In this document: positions 40,346 through 52,879 of the stretch, in pieces | Layout of the letters: the number at the start of each line of letters is the position of its first letter | How positions within the stretch are numbered: the first letter of the stretch is position 1 | Assembly (NCBI GenBank): GCA_964016885.1 | Contig: OZ024749.1 | Span: forward strand, 40,982,001 to 41,046,000 | Length of the DNA stretch: 64,000 bases | Direction of reading: 5' to 3' | Origin: Eledone cirrhosa | Taxonomy: Eukaryota | The notes under the pieces: model-generated | The model's database searches: none | Told to the model about the DNA's origin: nothing | What the model saw: the letters and a program-made list of their open reading frames with translations, nothing else | Translations under genes and position numbers: made by a program

Positions 40346-40768
40346 CATATAATGTTGTTCTTGTTGACACTGTCATGTAATGGTGTTGTTGGTTCCTTTG
40401 TGTTGTTGTTAGTACTGTTGTGTTGTTGTTGGTATTGCTGTGTTGTAGGTACTGTTGTGTTCTTGTTAGTACTGTTGCGTTGTTGGTATGATCATGAGCT
40501 GAACACTCTAACCACTATACCACACAGTATCATTCTATCAGATAACTGCGATACAATAAAGACATTATATGAAAGACCTTATCCCAAGCTATATCTAGTT
40601 ATTCCCAACTATATTTATAGCCACAGAATATTATATATATATTATCTATGATTCAATGTTAATTAAGATCTGGTTTCTGCATTGAGCCAAGCTTGGGTTC
40701 ACTCAGTTTAACATAAAACCATATAGCAAGTTTACTTACTCTTTAGCTTCACAACTGTAAATTACCTA

Positions 40769-41147
40769 CCATATATACTCGAATATAAGCCGAGGAATAT
40801 GTGACCCCAAAAATGGATGGTAGAAATGTGTGTGGAAGGTGTTGACTTATATTTGGGGGTCAGTATTTTGACGATTTACTCAAATTTCAAATTCTATGTA
40901 AAGAAGCGAAGGATGAGTGATGTGACATTAGGGTTTGCGTGCCTATCAAGGTCTCTTTTTTGTCAGGTCGTGGCCCAATGCAGATATGTTTACGAAAGTG
41001 TGCGAGAGAAGCTTTCTCGGTTAGATGTAAGTTATGTGGACGTTGGCGCAGTGGACATTCAGTCTGAATTCAAGTTTGCCCATTTCTCAGACATAAAATA
41101 GTGGGGGTGGCTTATATTTGTATTGGCTTATATTCGAGTGTATACAG
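40769..41147. mobile_element. Tc1/pogo-superfamily (Tc2-like) MITE
   Basis: TA-CCATATATACTCGAATATAAGCC ... GGCTTATATTCGAGTGTATACAG-TA. Confidence 0.8.
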
Positions 41148-43050
41148 TATATCAAAACAATCAAGAATTATGAGATGTTCAGAGAAATAACAACCAATAA
41201 TTATTAGACAAATATTTACTTACTGAAATCTAATATTTTCCGTCATGCAATAATGAAATTGCAGTCTAAGGTTTGAATTTAGAGATGGTTTCATGTGGTT
41301 TGGTGTTTAAAGGGTCAACTGTCTTTAGTTAATGTATTCCCATTGCTATGTGGGTGGGATAGGTTTTGTAAATTTAAAAATGTGCATATAGTTGCAGGCA
41401 TAGCCATGTGGTTAAAGAATTCATGGCATGTCTGTGTGGTTAAGGGAGTTTGCTTTTCAGCCATTTGGTTTGTCCTCTATTATAGCCTTGGACCAACCTA
41501 TGCCTTTTGAGTGAGTTTCATAGACTGTAGGGTCCCCATAACCCTTTGTTTGACATATGTATATGTATGAAATGTAGTTGTCTCAACACAATAACTATAA
41601 TAATAGTCGATCTCTACAAATAATTATTTAGAAAATCGGGTAAAGTTCCTCGTAGACGCCTGTGTTTACTTTTTTTCCATCTCCAGGGGTACTTTACTCA
41701 ATTTTTCTCAAATACTTATTCATTGTGATTGTCTATTATTATAGTTATGTTTGTTGGGACAACTACGTTTCAAATTACAAATTTTCCCAATGCTCCTATA
41801 TGTATGTGTGTATTTGAGTTTATATTTATGTTTGTATCTGTGTCTATATTTATGTCTTGTAACACAGTAGTTTTGACAAAGTAATCCATAAAATATGTAC
41901 CCCATACCCACCCCTATATGATCACCAACTATCAAGTTGTTACCCTAGCATGTCCACTGACTAATGAGAGAAACCAGTGTTAGTACAAAAAGTAAAAGAA
42001 TGAATGTATGTATGTGTGTGTATGTTTGTGTGTATATTTATTCCCCCTCCCCTGAAAAGAACCCTACTTCACCTTACACATAATCTTAATCTATATTTTG
42101 ACCCTAACGCTCAACATAACCCCAATCCTGACCCTAATCCTTACTCTGAGCAGAGCCCTAATCCTAATAACCCCCTAACCCTAACCTTAATGCTAACATC
42201 CACTCCAATCCCCTAGACCTGACCCTTTATGCCAGTCTAAGCCTCTATTTAATTATCAAATTGCATTAAATTAATGGATTTAAACTTCTTCAACCAAATT
42301 ATTGAGCAGTGAGGGAGCTACTACATGTCTAGTCAAGCTGCTAGAAATAGCAGTCAAATCTCCCTCAAATTACACTGTTTTATCTTAGCAACAGGAAGGA
42401 GATATTCAACACTAATATGTTAGATATACCAAAAATATGGTATGGTCATGGTTGGAATGATTTTGGTCATTGGTCTGCTGGATCAGAGTTAATCTGTGGG
42501 TGGATAAATAACAAAACTCCATCCAACCTATCTAAGCGTGGACAAATGGCTGTAAAAACGAACGATGATGATGATTAACTTCAACAACCACATAAAAATA
42601 ATATCAGGTCACACGGTCATGTAAACATATTTTACCAACAACTGGATTGGCCACTCTGGAGCAGCCACTTTGAAAGGACCCCCCACCCAAAAACAAGGTG
42701 TTTTGTACTTTAAGAAAAGATAGACTCATGTGACACACAGATGGTTGACCATGTGACACATATAGATGTATATCTGAGTATGAATCACTACTGACTTCAT
42801 GACTTGTTTTTCTGGTACTTTCTAGGGAGTTGTATATGTTTGGCAAGTGATTTAATCTGAGACTATGTGTTGAAACTGAAGCAATTACAACCATGGAAGA
42901 GTCATTTTTTTGTCCATTTATCCAGTTTGATACCAATCCTCCTGAAAATGCCTCCTGAAAATGCCTCTTCACGATACAAAATTGCTCATTTTAAAGTGTT
43001 TATATCTAAATTAAAAACCCTTCGTCATAATTTTATGCAAGAATATTTTG

Positions 43051-44150
43051 TTAACCCTATAGAATTTACATTACTCTGTATACAGGGTGCGGACGATATT
43101 CGCAAGATTACTGTCTAGGAAAAAATAACACAGTAGTTTTATTTTTTAAGATATATTTATCAAACTTGGGTCAGTTTGTCTTCATGACTTGTTCTTTCGA
43201 TCTGCCATAAACCTGCCATAGTCTTTGATGACGGCCTCAAGGCGGCCTCGGAACCGGCTACAGGCCTTCATCACTGTCCCCCGACTTAGGCCCCTAAAGG
43301 CACTTGTGATCCTGGCCTTCAGATCGTCTTTCGCATTGCAGCTAGATCTGTTGGTGTCTTGTCCACTGTGCCCAACACAAAGAAGTCGAGGGGGTTGCAG
43401 TCAGGCGAGCTGGGAGGCCAGATGTCAGGTGAAGTGTGGTCGACGAAGTTCTCTGACAGCCAGGCTTGGGTCTTTCAGCTGAGTCTTGCTGCCACTCGTA
43501 TGGCCTACTTGCAGCTACTTGGTCAATCCAGGCTTTACTACCTCATTCAGAACGTGGATGTAGCCATCGGTGTTCAGCTTGAGGCCCTCAGGGAAGAAGT
43601 GAGGTGACATGACGTCACCTTGACTGCTGACGACACCTAAGACCAATGTTGTTGCTGGAAACTTGTCTGCATGACTCTGGGCACGTCTTTGGATGGACAG
43701 CGAGCCACCTGTTGTTCTGGGAGTTTCTGAAATTTCCTTATTTGTCCCCCCCCCCCCCCCCCCCCGGCACGGATTCCAAGAAGAATTCCGTGTCTCTTCC
43801 ACAAATTTGGAGGTTCAAAATTATTCATAATCAATTATTCTGAAAATAAATAATGGAAATATAGTCACTGTTTTTATGAAGACAAGTGTGACAACGGAAG
43901 TAAAAAAAATTTGCATAAAATTAGCAGTTGAAAATTGCGAACAAATATCGTCCACACCCTGTATATATTGTATTTCTGTAGTAAAGGCTTTATCTTACAT
44001 TATTATCTCACATGATATCAAATCTACAAGATTTTGATGTTATTTATTTTGAAAACAATACCTTAATGTCACTATGTTATGGCCAGTTATGGCCAGTTCG
44101 AACAAAAAGAGGTGAGAGAATTCTCGCTGGTTTAAATGCCAAAGGTTTAA
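43051..44150. mobile_element. TTAA-flanked MITE hosting a mariner-family insertion
   Basis: TTAACCCTATAG ... GCCAAAGGTTTAA; body matches 44637-45072. Confidence 0.7.
43083..43961 (-). mobile_element. Internally deleted Tc1/mariner transposon (maT/DD37D-like)
   Basis: TIRs CAGGGTGCGGACGATATT / AATATCGTCCACACCCTG with TA duplication; transposase remnants KFPATTLVLGVVSSQGDVMSPHFFPEGLKLNTDGYIHVLNEVVKP and WPPSSPDCNPLDF. Confidence 0.9.
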
Positions 44151-44442
44151 ATAATGTTCCAAACATCAGCTTAATATGGACTATGTTGGCTGAGGCTCAG
44201 GGCCTATTAAAACATATTAAAACATGAAATTTTTGTCAAAATTTACAATGTTATGAAACATAATATTGTTATCTGTTTTAAAGGTCAGCATGGGCCAATA
44301 CTGGGATTCTAGTCTTGTTCTCTGTAGACATACATTTATGTACTTTTAACTTTTATTAAGTTTCTTGCGAGCAGATACTGGGGGCCCCAATTGTTCTCTT
44401 GACTCGGGTCCATCTCTAGTTGGAATAATCTCTCTCTCTCTC

Positions 44443-45245
44443 TGGCTTAGTGGTTAGTGTATTCAGTTCCCAAATTAAGGTCATGAATTTCATACCAACA
44501 ATAAATTGAGTCTTTGAACAAGATACTCTATTTCAGATTGTTGTAGTTCACTCAGTTGCCAAGAATGAATTGTATCTGTAATACAAAGGGTCAGCTTTGT
44601 TACACACTGTCATATTAAATCTCCCTGAGAAATACATTAACCCTTTACCATTTACATTATTCTATATATATATACTATAATATTTTCTAAGTAAAGTCTT
44701 TATCTCACATAATTATCTCACATAATATTGAATCTATGAGATTTTGATATTATTTATTTTGAGGGCGGTGGATTGGCTGTATCGGTAGAGGGTCGGACGC
44801 CATGCTTTCCAGTATAGAGTTACTTCCCTTTACAATCTGAGTTCAAATCCCGCCGAGGTTAACTTTGCCTTTCCTCTTTAAGGGGTCGATAAAATAAAGT
44901 ACCAGTAATGCAGTGGGATAATTGCTGGCCTTGTGCCAAATAGTAGAAACAATTATTTGTTTTGAGAACAATACCTTAACATCAGTATGAGTGGCCAGTT
45001 ACAGCTGGTTTAAACGGAAAGAAGTGAGATAATTCTGGCAGGATACGACCGGTTTAAATGCTAAAGTGTTTAGAGTGCATGCGTTTATGGAATGCTCAGC
45101 CACTTTTATGTCGAATTTCCCTGAGAACTACGTTAAGGGTGCACCTGTTTGTGGAATACTCAGCCACTTTCATGTTAATTTCACAAGCAGGTTGTTCCAT
45201 TGTTCAAACAATTGGACCACTGGTTGTTGAAACTAATAAAGGACC
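44443..45245 (+). mobile_element. Nested stack: CORE-type SINE containing a TTAA MITE (44637-45072) containing an S1 SINE (44764-44952)
   Basis: Host SINE matches 52075-52385 and is split at its TTAA; inner SINE has duplication TTATTT(A/G)TTTTGAG. Confidence 0.8.
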
Positions 45246-45466
45246 AACCACATGTATTTGTACCTATGTGTTTGTTGTTTTGTTTAGATAGTTGTTCAAA
45301 ATTTTGTTTATTAATTAATTAAATCTCTTAATGAAATTGTTTATAATTAGCCTGTATTCTTAGTATGTGTATGATTCTTAGTCATATGCCTTGAGCCTAC
45401 TAAATAAACTGTAACATTACACTTACTGGCCAACCTACTTAGGGAAACTTTAAATTTGACTACACC

Positions 45467-45502
<36 letters not shown>

Positions 45503-46705
45503 TTTCTCTCTTTTTCTCTTTCTCTCTCTTTCTTTTCTTTCTTTTTCTCTCTTTCTCAACTCTCTACTTTTCTGTCTCTTCTCCATCTCATCTCTCACTT
45601 TTCTCTCCATATCCTCTTTTTTCACTCTCCATATCCTCTTTTGTCACTCTCTCTCTCTCTCTTTAATAATACTTTCACCACCTCTACCACCACTACCTTA
45701 CTCCTACAGCCACCATCACCACAACCACTACCATCACCATCACTACCACCACCACCACAACCCGGATACCCAACCCAACTTTTCTCTCCTTCCTCTTTCT
45801 CTATCTCTCTCCTCCTTCACTTCCTCTCCATCGGAACCCTCCACTCTTTCCCTACTCTTCCTTACCCTCCACCTTCTCATCCATACTTCCTCCTTTCTCC
45901 CTCCACATCACCTCCCCACCCACGTTCCTAATTGTTTTCATGTGACTTCATTGATGACGATGTTGTTGATGTTGTTATTTTTGTACCAGTTTTTTTTTTT
46001 TTACTGTTTTGCTTCAGCACTTTTTCCTGGTTATTTTAGTTTACTTCTCTCCTCCACCCAACACCACATCACCTCTCCATTCTCTATCTCCCCTCCCTCC
46101 CACCATATCTTAATCCCTCGATGCTGTGGCATTTGGGACTAATCATCATCATCATCATCATTTGGCCCTAGTGGCCAATAAAGAAATCCTTAATAATAAT
46201 ATAATAATAATAATAATAATAATAACAATAATATTAATAATTGTTGTTGTTGTTATTGTTCTTGTTATTATTTGAACCAGTTTTGTCTCTACTGTGAATA
46301 TATTGGTAGATTAAACAGTCTTTGGCATCACACAAGGCAGGAGTTCTTTGTACTTGAAGTGCCTTGCTACCATCAACACTGTCACTGGCACCACCACCAC
46401 TGCCACCATTACCATACAAGTGCCACCATCGCCACCGTCAGCTTTGCTACTACCAGGAACAGGACCAGCATTACATAACTTACAACAGTATTTATACATA
46501 CCCTCAAATATATACATATATATATATACATATATATATATATACATATATATATACACACATATACAAACACACACACACACAAATACCCCCCCCCCCC
46601 CCCTCCAACATATTTGTATGTAATATATAATACATATTTAATACATACAATATATATATAAAACTTTAAAGGAATTTCAACTTTCCGGCCTCCTGTCGCT
46701 TTATT

Positions 46706-46764
<59 letters not shown>

Positions 46765-46894
46765 TAAGACCTACAGAATAAGTCACTCAATCTGGTAACA
46801 TACCAAATTAAATTTTTTTACCTGCAAATCAAAACAAAAAGGTAATCTATATTTATTTCATCTATATTATTATTTATGTTGTTGTTCTGATACT

Positions 46895-47160
46895 GAGTTG
46901 TGGCCCTTTGCTAAAGAGTTTGCGTGGTGGACAAGACTAAAAGGACTGAATACTAGTACATTCCTTTTTAGTCAAGCTCTCACCAGATGTTATCGAATTT
47001 CACACGAAAAGAAAAGTGGGGGGGTTAAGAGGGAGGTGGTTTCCTTCAATAAATTTACCAAAAGGTGGACGAAAGTAGCGAAAATGCCAAGAGTGAATGA
47101 CATTACGATCACTCTCAGCTTGTACCTGTAGGGCAGACAATGACAGTTGGGAGAAGGCAC
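46895..47160 (+). mobile_element. Old diverged L1/Tx1 3' fragment
   Basis: AKEFAWWTRLKGL...NKFTKRWTKVAKMPRV aligns with the 22119-22433 ORF. Confidence 0.7.
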
Positions 47161-47614
47161 TTACCCTTGGTGGTCAGGGTGATTGTAGATCTCTGAGGTG
47201 CTTAGGTGCTTAAATTAGCCTTAGGCATTCAGCTCTCTGTACCAGGAAGACTGAAAGCCTTATAGAATTGTATACAATGTATAGCGTGGAAGATGTACGT
47301 TAAACTATGATGATTATGATGATGATGTATACCTAACTCGTATACTGTGTTTTTATTGACCATTTTCTCATTTCTATGTAAACCCCCCCACCTTAATGTT
47401 ATAACTTGTGTTTGTAATGTCTTCATGTATATATATTACAGAGCATTTGAAGTTGTCCCAACAATTTGGGACAACTTGACAGGACAATTGAAGGATGAGT
47501 ACTTTAGACTTTGTTTTATCATGAGTTAAGGCTCTATTGATTTTTCCCTGGATTTCTCTAAATTCTGTTGGATAAATATCTATATCCTGATTCTTTTTGA
47601 ATTGAGTTTGAATT

Positions 47615-47720
47615 ATTTTTCCCATATCTTATGTTAACTATTTTCCCATTTTGACGCTATAGTCACTTTTATATTATGGAATACTGTTAGCTTCACGCTA
47701 CAATAATTTCTATACTTTTC

Positions 47721-47725
<5 letters not shown>
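47615..47725. repeat. Short interspersed repeat abutting (TA)n; inverted copy at 61153-61260
   Basis: GTTAACTATTTTCCCATTTTGACGCTATAGTCAC versus GTGACTATAGCGTCAAAATGGGAAAATAGTTAAC. Confidence 0.75.
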
Positions 47726-47761
<36 letters not shown>

Positions 47762-47764
47762 CAT

Positions 47765-47813
<49 letters not shown>

Positions 47814-47893
47814 TATATATATATACACATATATATATACACACACACACATATATATATACATATATATATATAAATATATATACATACATA

Positions 47894-47925
<32 letters not shown>

Positions 47926-48130
47926 CATATACGATATATATATCATACACACACATACACATATGTACACATACACATACATATATAGACACACATATGG
48001 AACAGGCGAACAAGACGTAGCTATCCAACCACGTCTAGTCACAGACCATGACGACCCCGCAACTCATAGCAGCATGGAAAGCAGATCTAAAATGATGATA
48101 ATGATGATGCTGATATATATATATATACAT

Positions 48131-48196
<66 letters not shown>

Positions 48197-48343
48197 CCGA
48201 AGAAGAGATATTATCTCGAAAATTAAGGACATTTAAATAAATTCAAGGTGAAAGACGAATTCACATCAATATCTTTCACTATTGCATTCTTTTTTTCTAT
48301 GTCCATACCTGCATTGTCTTGGCCTTATTACACATATTCAAAC

Positions 48344-48402
<59 letters not shown>

Positions 48403-49880
48403 TATATATACACACACACACACACATATATATACACACACACACACACATATATATATATACATACACACACATCCATACACATGCTCTCACATACTCA
48501 CATCCATACACATACAAACTCTCTCTCTCTCTCACTCACACACATGTATATATATATAAGACTACTCATTCAGCAAGTTTTGTTGCCTGTGGTTCTTTAT
48601 ATATTAAGATATCTTCTCAATCACTTTGATTGATATGTTTTCTTTCTATTTACAAGACTTGCCATATCAATTGATGCGTATACACGGTTTATTTTTATTT
48701 CTTTGTGAAATGTTTATGTCACTGTGTCTGTCCAGTTTACCAAAATCCAGGCCAGACTAAGCCGAACCAGGCTTGACCAGGTCGGACATGAGGTGTTGTC
48801 AGGGATGGGTGGGGCTTTCTCAGAGAGGATGTTTTCAAGGGTGTGTTGTTGTAGGCTGGAGAGGGTTGGAAGGAGTTGGAGATGTTTCCAAGATGTCTCA
48901 GGCATATTGTCAGGGGTTTGTTGTCGGAGGGGGTTGTTGTGAGGAGAGGGGGAGGGGGGATTTATCAGGCAGGTATTGTTGTCAGTGGGTTGCTGTCAGA
49001 AGTTGTTGTTGGGGGGAGGGATTTGTCAGGGGATGTTTTTGAGTAACAAATTGGCAGAGTTGTTAGAGTGTGGTATACAATCATCATCATCATCATCATC
49101 ATCATCGTCGTTTTACGTCTATTCTTCCACGCTAGCATGGGTTAGACGGGTTGTTCTGTTGTGGGCAATGCTAGGTCAGGTGACCATGTCTTGCTCATAT
49201 AGAACTGATTTTGGCTTGATTTTTTACTATCAGTTCTGTATGAGCAAGACATGGTCACCTGACCTAGCATTGCCCACAACAGGACAATATTTTGTGATAT
49301 TCGAACTGGCTCTTGTGCACTTTGAGTTCAAATTCTGCCAAGATCTGCTTTGCCTTTCATTCTTTCGAGGTTGATAAATAAAGTACCAGTCTCGTACTGA
49401 GGGACGATTCTCTCTCTTTGTCTCTCTATCTCTTTCTCTGGAATGCTTTTTTGACCACTACATTTTGGAAACATTCCAAAACAACATCAATCATATCTCT
49501 CCTTGAATTATGTTCTCTCTGTCTTTTCCTTTTCCTTTCTCAATAACCCCTTGTATTGTAGTGGCTTGTTTGCCTTGCTTGGGGTGAGTAAATTGAAAAA
49601 AAAATTTAGCTATGTTCAGATGTAGAGATGGATAAGTTCTACCAGGTTTAATGGCCCAAGACAATGTTTCAGGACACATGGGTATACCCTTCTGGGGTTT
49701 TTATGTTCTATTCTGTAGCTTGTAAGTATATCATCTACACTACGTGGGAACATGGACATACACACACTCACACATTCATCCATTATTAGCAAGGAAAATG
49801 GCTGTAAAATGATGATGAAATGTATGTGTGTATGTGTGTGTGTGTATAGGTAGGTATGTGTGTGTATATATATATATATA

Positions 49881-49957
49881 CAGGGTGTCCTAAAAAATGT
49901 ATACACACTTCAACAGCATTCTAATATATATGTGTATACATTTTGGGGGACACCCTG
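49881..49957. mobile_element. 77-bp Tc1/mariner-type MITE
   Basis: TA-CAGGGTGTCCTAAAAAATGTATACAC ... GTGTATACATTTTGGGGGACACCCTG-TA. Confidence 0.85.
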
Positions 49958-50243
49958 TATATGTATATATATATATCTGTAGGTTTGAGTGTATATATAT
50001 ATATATATATTCATTAGTTAAGCAAAACAAGACCACAAACTTCACAAGGAAGACATTATTAAAAGATTGTCAACATATTTTAGTTTGATGTAAGGAATGT
50101 AGAAAATAATAATAATAATATTAATAATATGTGTGTGTGTATGTATGTATATATATATATTTATATATATATATATATGTGTGTGCATGTATATATGTAT
50201 ATATATATATGTGTGTGTGTGTAAGTGAGTATATATATATGTC

Positions 50244-50281
<38 letters not shown>

Positions 50282-50421
50282 AATAGGAGAAAGTATGATC
50301 CCAACGGCTTGAGCTCTGCCATCGGGGTCATACTTTCTCCTATTACCCACTCTACTACCCTAAGTATGGAGTACTCTGGTGCGTTATAGTCCATCTGGTT
50401 CCCTACCACAACTCCTCCGTT
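50282..50421 (+). mobile_element. Family B element with short hairpin
   Basis: Arms 50282-50302 and 50324-50344; tail homologous to 50838-50916. Confidence 0.8.
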
Positions 50422-50503
50422 ATATATATATATATATATATATATGACTACTTTGATTAAATCTTAACCATTTAACATCTCGGGGTATGTCATGTATCAT
50501 TAT

Positions 50504-50556
50504 ATTTTGTCTGATGAGGACGTACTGTTGTACCTCTGAAATATGTATAATAAAAT
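50504..50556 (+). ncRNA. Type I hammerhead ribozyme (family F)
   Basis: ATTTTGT-CTGATGA-GGACGTAC-tgtt-GTACCTCT-GAAA-TATGTA-TA-ATAAAAT. Confidence 0.85.
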
Positions 50557-50719
50557 TTTATTGATCAAAAGAACATCTATTTTATTAATATTTGTATTTT
50601 AATATTAATAACTCTGGAAAATTATTTACTGTAGAGTGCTTCCAATCTACTGTAAAACTTATTCTTTGATGTACTCATTGAATCTTCTGTAACTCTTTAA
50701 TATATATATATATATATAT

Positions 50720-50915
50720 ATAGGAACCAGTAAGACCCCGACAGCTGAGCTCAAGCCGTTTCGACGGCTAATTCTGGACTCCAGAATTAGCCGTCGAAAC
50801 GGCTTGAGCTCAGCTGTCGGGGTCTTACTGGTTCCTATTACCCACTCTACTACCTCAAGTATTGAGTACTTTGGTGCGTTATGGTCCACCTGGTTCCTTA
50901 CCACATTTCCTTCGT

Positions 50916-50916
<1 letters not shown>
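50720..50916 (+). mobile_element. Young family B element with perfect 59-bp-arm palindrome, inside (TA)n
   Basis: Symmetric about 50779 (CTGGA-C-TCCAG), 50720-50838. Confidence 0.85.
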
Positions 50917-50956
<40 letters not shown>

Positions 50957-51460
50957 ATATTTATATCCATGTACATGTCATGTTATGAATGGTCGCTTTG
51001 CTTCAATATCCTATCTTTGCTGGCTCTTGTCTGCTTCAATCAATATTTGTGTGTGCGTGGGTAGTATGTATATGTGTGTGTGAATGTGTACATGTATACA
51101 TGTGTATATGTGCGCACATGTGTGTGTACATTTGTGTTTGTGTGTGAATGTATATGTGTGTATGTAGGCATTAATGTGTGACTACGTACAGGTGTGATTG
51201 TGTATGTAAGTATGTGCATGTGTGTGAAAGAGTATGTGGATGTGTGTGTGTTGGTTGTCTATTACTTATTTATTTGTTATTTGATCAATATCTCCTTCCA
51301 ACTCTCAACATCCTGTTTACACTTTCTGTTTCTCTGTTACAGTCAGACTCTTTACTAACGTGCAGTCATCATCTACACTTATCATATACACCTATCATTG
51401 CATTACATATAGTGACACATACACGTGTACATGTATGTATGTATGTATGTATGTATATAT

Positions 51461-52057
51461 GTTATGTTAGGTCACCAGTTGGTTCTACTGGTAACATGTA
51501 TCCCAGTACAACCTGTCTCATGGTCGGGTCGTTGGCGACTAAACTGGCAACCCCACCAAGGTTTCTTGGTGAGGAGGGTGACTTTGGACATCCTGCAGGA
51601 CTAAAAACAAAACCTGTCAAAGGGCAAAGGAGCTCTTAAGAGTCAATGGCCATCCAAAATCACCGAGAGAGATGACCCCTCAGCCTTTGTCAAGGCAGAA
51701 TTCTAGGAGAAGGAAAACTCTGATATAACACCTGCAACCCTGATGGTATCCAATGATGTTGACTTGTTCTTCTTTTTGGTAAATATCATCTTGGTTAAGA
51801 GAGTGGGACTGGCTTTGTGCAGTGCCTTTGCTCACTATAAAAGCTTCACGGCACAGGCATTGCTTTATATCTGGAGATCTCTCTGCACTTGTTGTCACAT
51901 GGTACCATGGGCCCAGCACTATGTGTAAATAATTTGTACCAGAGTTTTCAAGTCGCTGGCTGGACAAAAAAGTCACACTCGTTCAGCGCATCGGTAGGGG
52001 TTCTCCTACATGGATATAAAGTAGTGGCCGTACTCGAAAACGAGTTGGCAGCCACCA
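51461..52057 (+). mobile_element. Non-autonomous RTE derivative (5' UTR-like segment joined to 3' end) in (TATG)n
   Basis: RTE 5'UTR-like CTGGCAACCCCACC; 3' part matches 38047-38285; middle resembles 63190-63385 in reverse. Confidence 0.6.
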
Positions 52058-52074
52058 TGTATGTATGTATGTAT

Positions 52075-52385
52075 GTGAAGTCGCATGGCTTTGTGGTTAG
52101 AGTATTTGATTCACAATCGTAAGGTTGTGAGTTCGGTTCCCGGCAGCGCATGTCCTTGAGCAAGACACTTTATTTAACGTTGCTCCAGTCCATGCAGCTG
52201 GCAAAAATGAGTTGTACCTGTAATTCGAAGAGACAGCCTTGTCATATGCTGAATCTCCCTGAGAACTACGTTAAGGGTATGTGTGTTTGTGGAATGCTCA
52301 GCCACTTGCACGTTAATTTCATGAGCAGGCTGTTCCATTGATTGAATCAACAGGAATACTCGTAGTCATAACGACGGAATGCCAT
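52075..52385 (+). mobile_element. CORE-type SINE, 3' tail variant 3
   Basis: tRNA-like head, TGTCCTTGAGCAAGACACTT, distinct tail shared with 44443-45245. Confidence 0.8.
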
Positions 52386-52879
52386 CATGTATGTATGTAT
52401 GTATATGTGTGTACATGTATGCAAGCATGCATACATCTATGTAAATATACATGTTTGTATGTATGTGAGTTCTTCTGGTTTTATTATTTTATAAATTTTC
52501 ACCAATAGTTAGAGAACTGGTTTCTAACATAAACACAAAACTCTTTCATTGGAATTTTACACAACATTAACTTGGTAAATACATGTGTATGTTTGTGTGT
52601 TGGTTGCAGGTATAGATGTTATTGTATGTGTGGATCTGCATGTTTTGAGTTATATGTGTACACATGTATATGTTCCTGTGTCTATATATGTGTATAAGCA
52701 GTTATTACATGCAGGATTTCTTAAATGTTTTACATATTTTTACATTTCCATTAATGAATTGTACTTGCAACTTCCTAACTAGCTGTGCTCTTTATGGTTC
52801 TGTGAAACCCTGCTTTTCAAGATTTATACTAGGACAGTTAGTAACATACCCAAGAGCCCCAATAATACAAATATAAAGG

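Noticed and set aside
39486-40651. His/Thr/Pro-rich ORFs of 250-330 aa (also 20943-21657, 36540-37439, 55023-55779)
   Set aside because: Open in several frames and derived from (CCA)n/(TGG)n tracts; no domain or splice evidence.
40740-40754. 15-nt microexon candidate (minus)
   Set aside because: No pyrimidine tract (a MITE sits just upstream); expected by chance.
42604-42972. 122-aa non-repetitive minus ORF
   Set aside because: No recognisable motif; it starts inside a repeat and its length is within chance expectation.
47165-47250. Minus-strand exon with consensus GTAAGT donor
   Set aside because: Stops in all frames; donor lies at the end of an old L1/Tx1 fragment.
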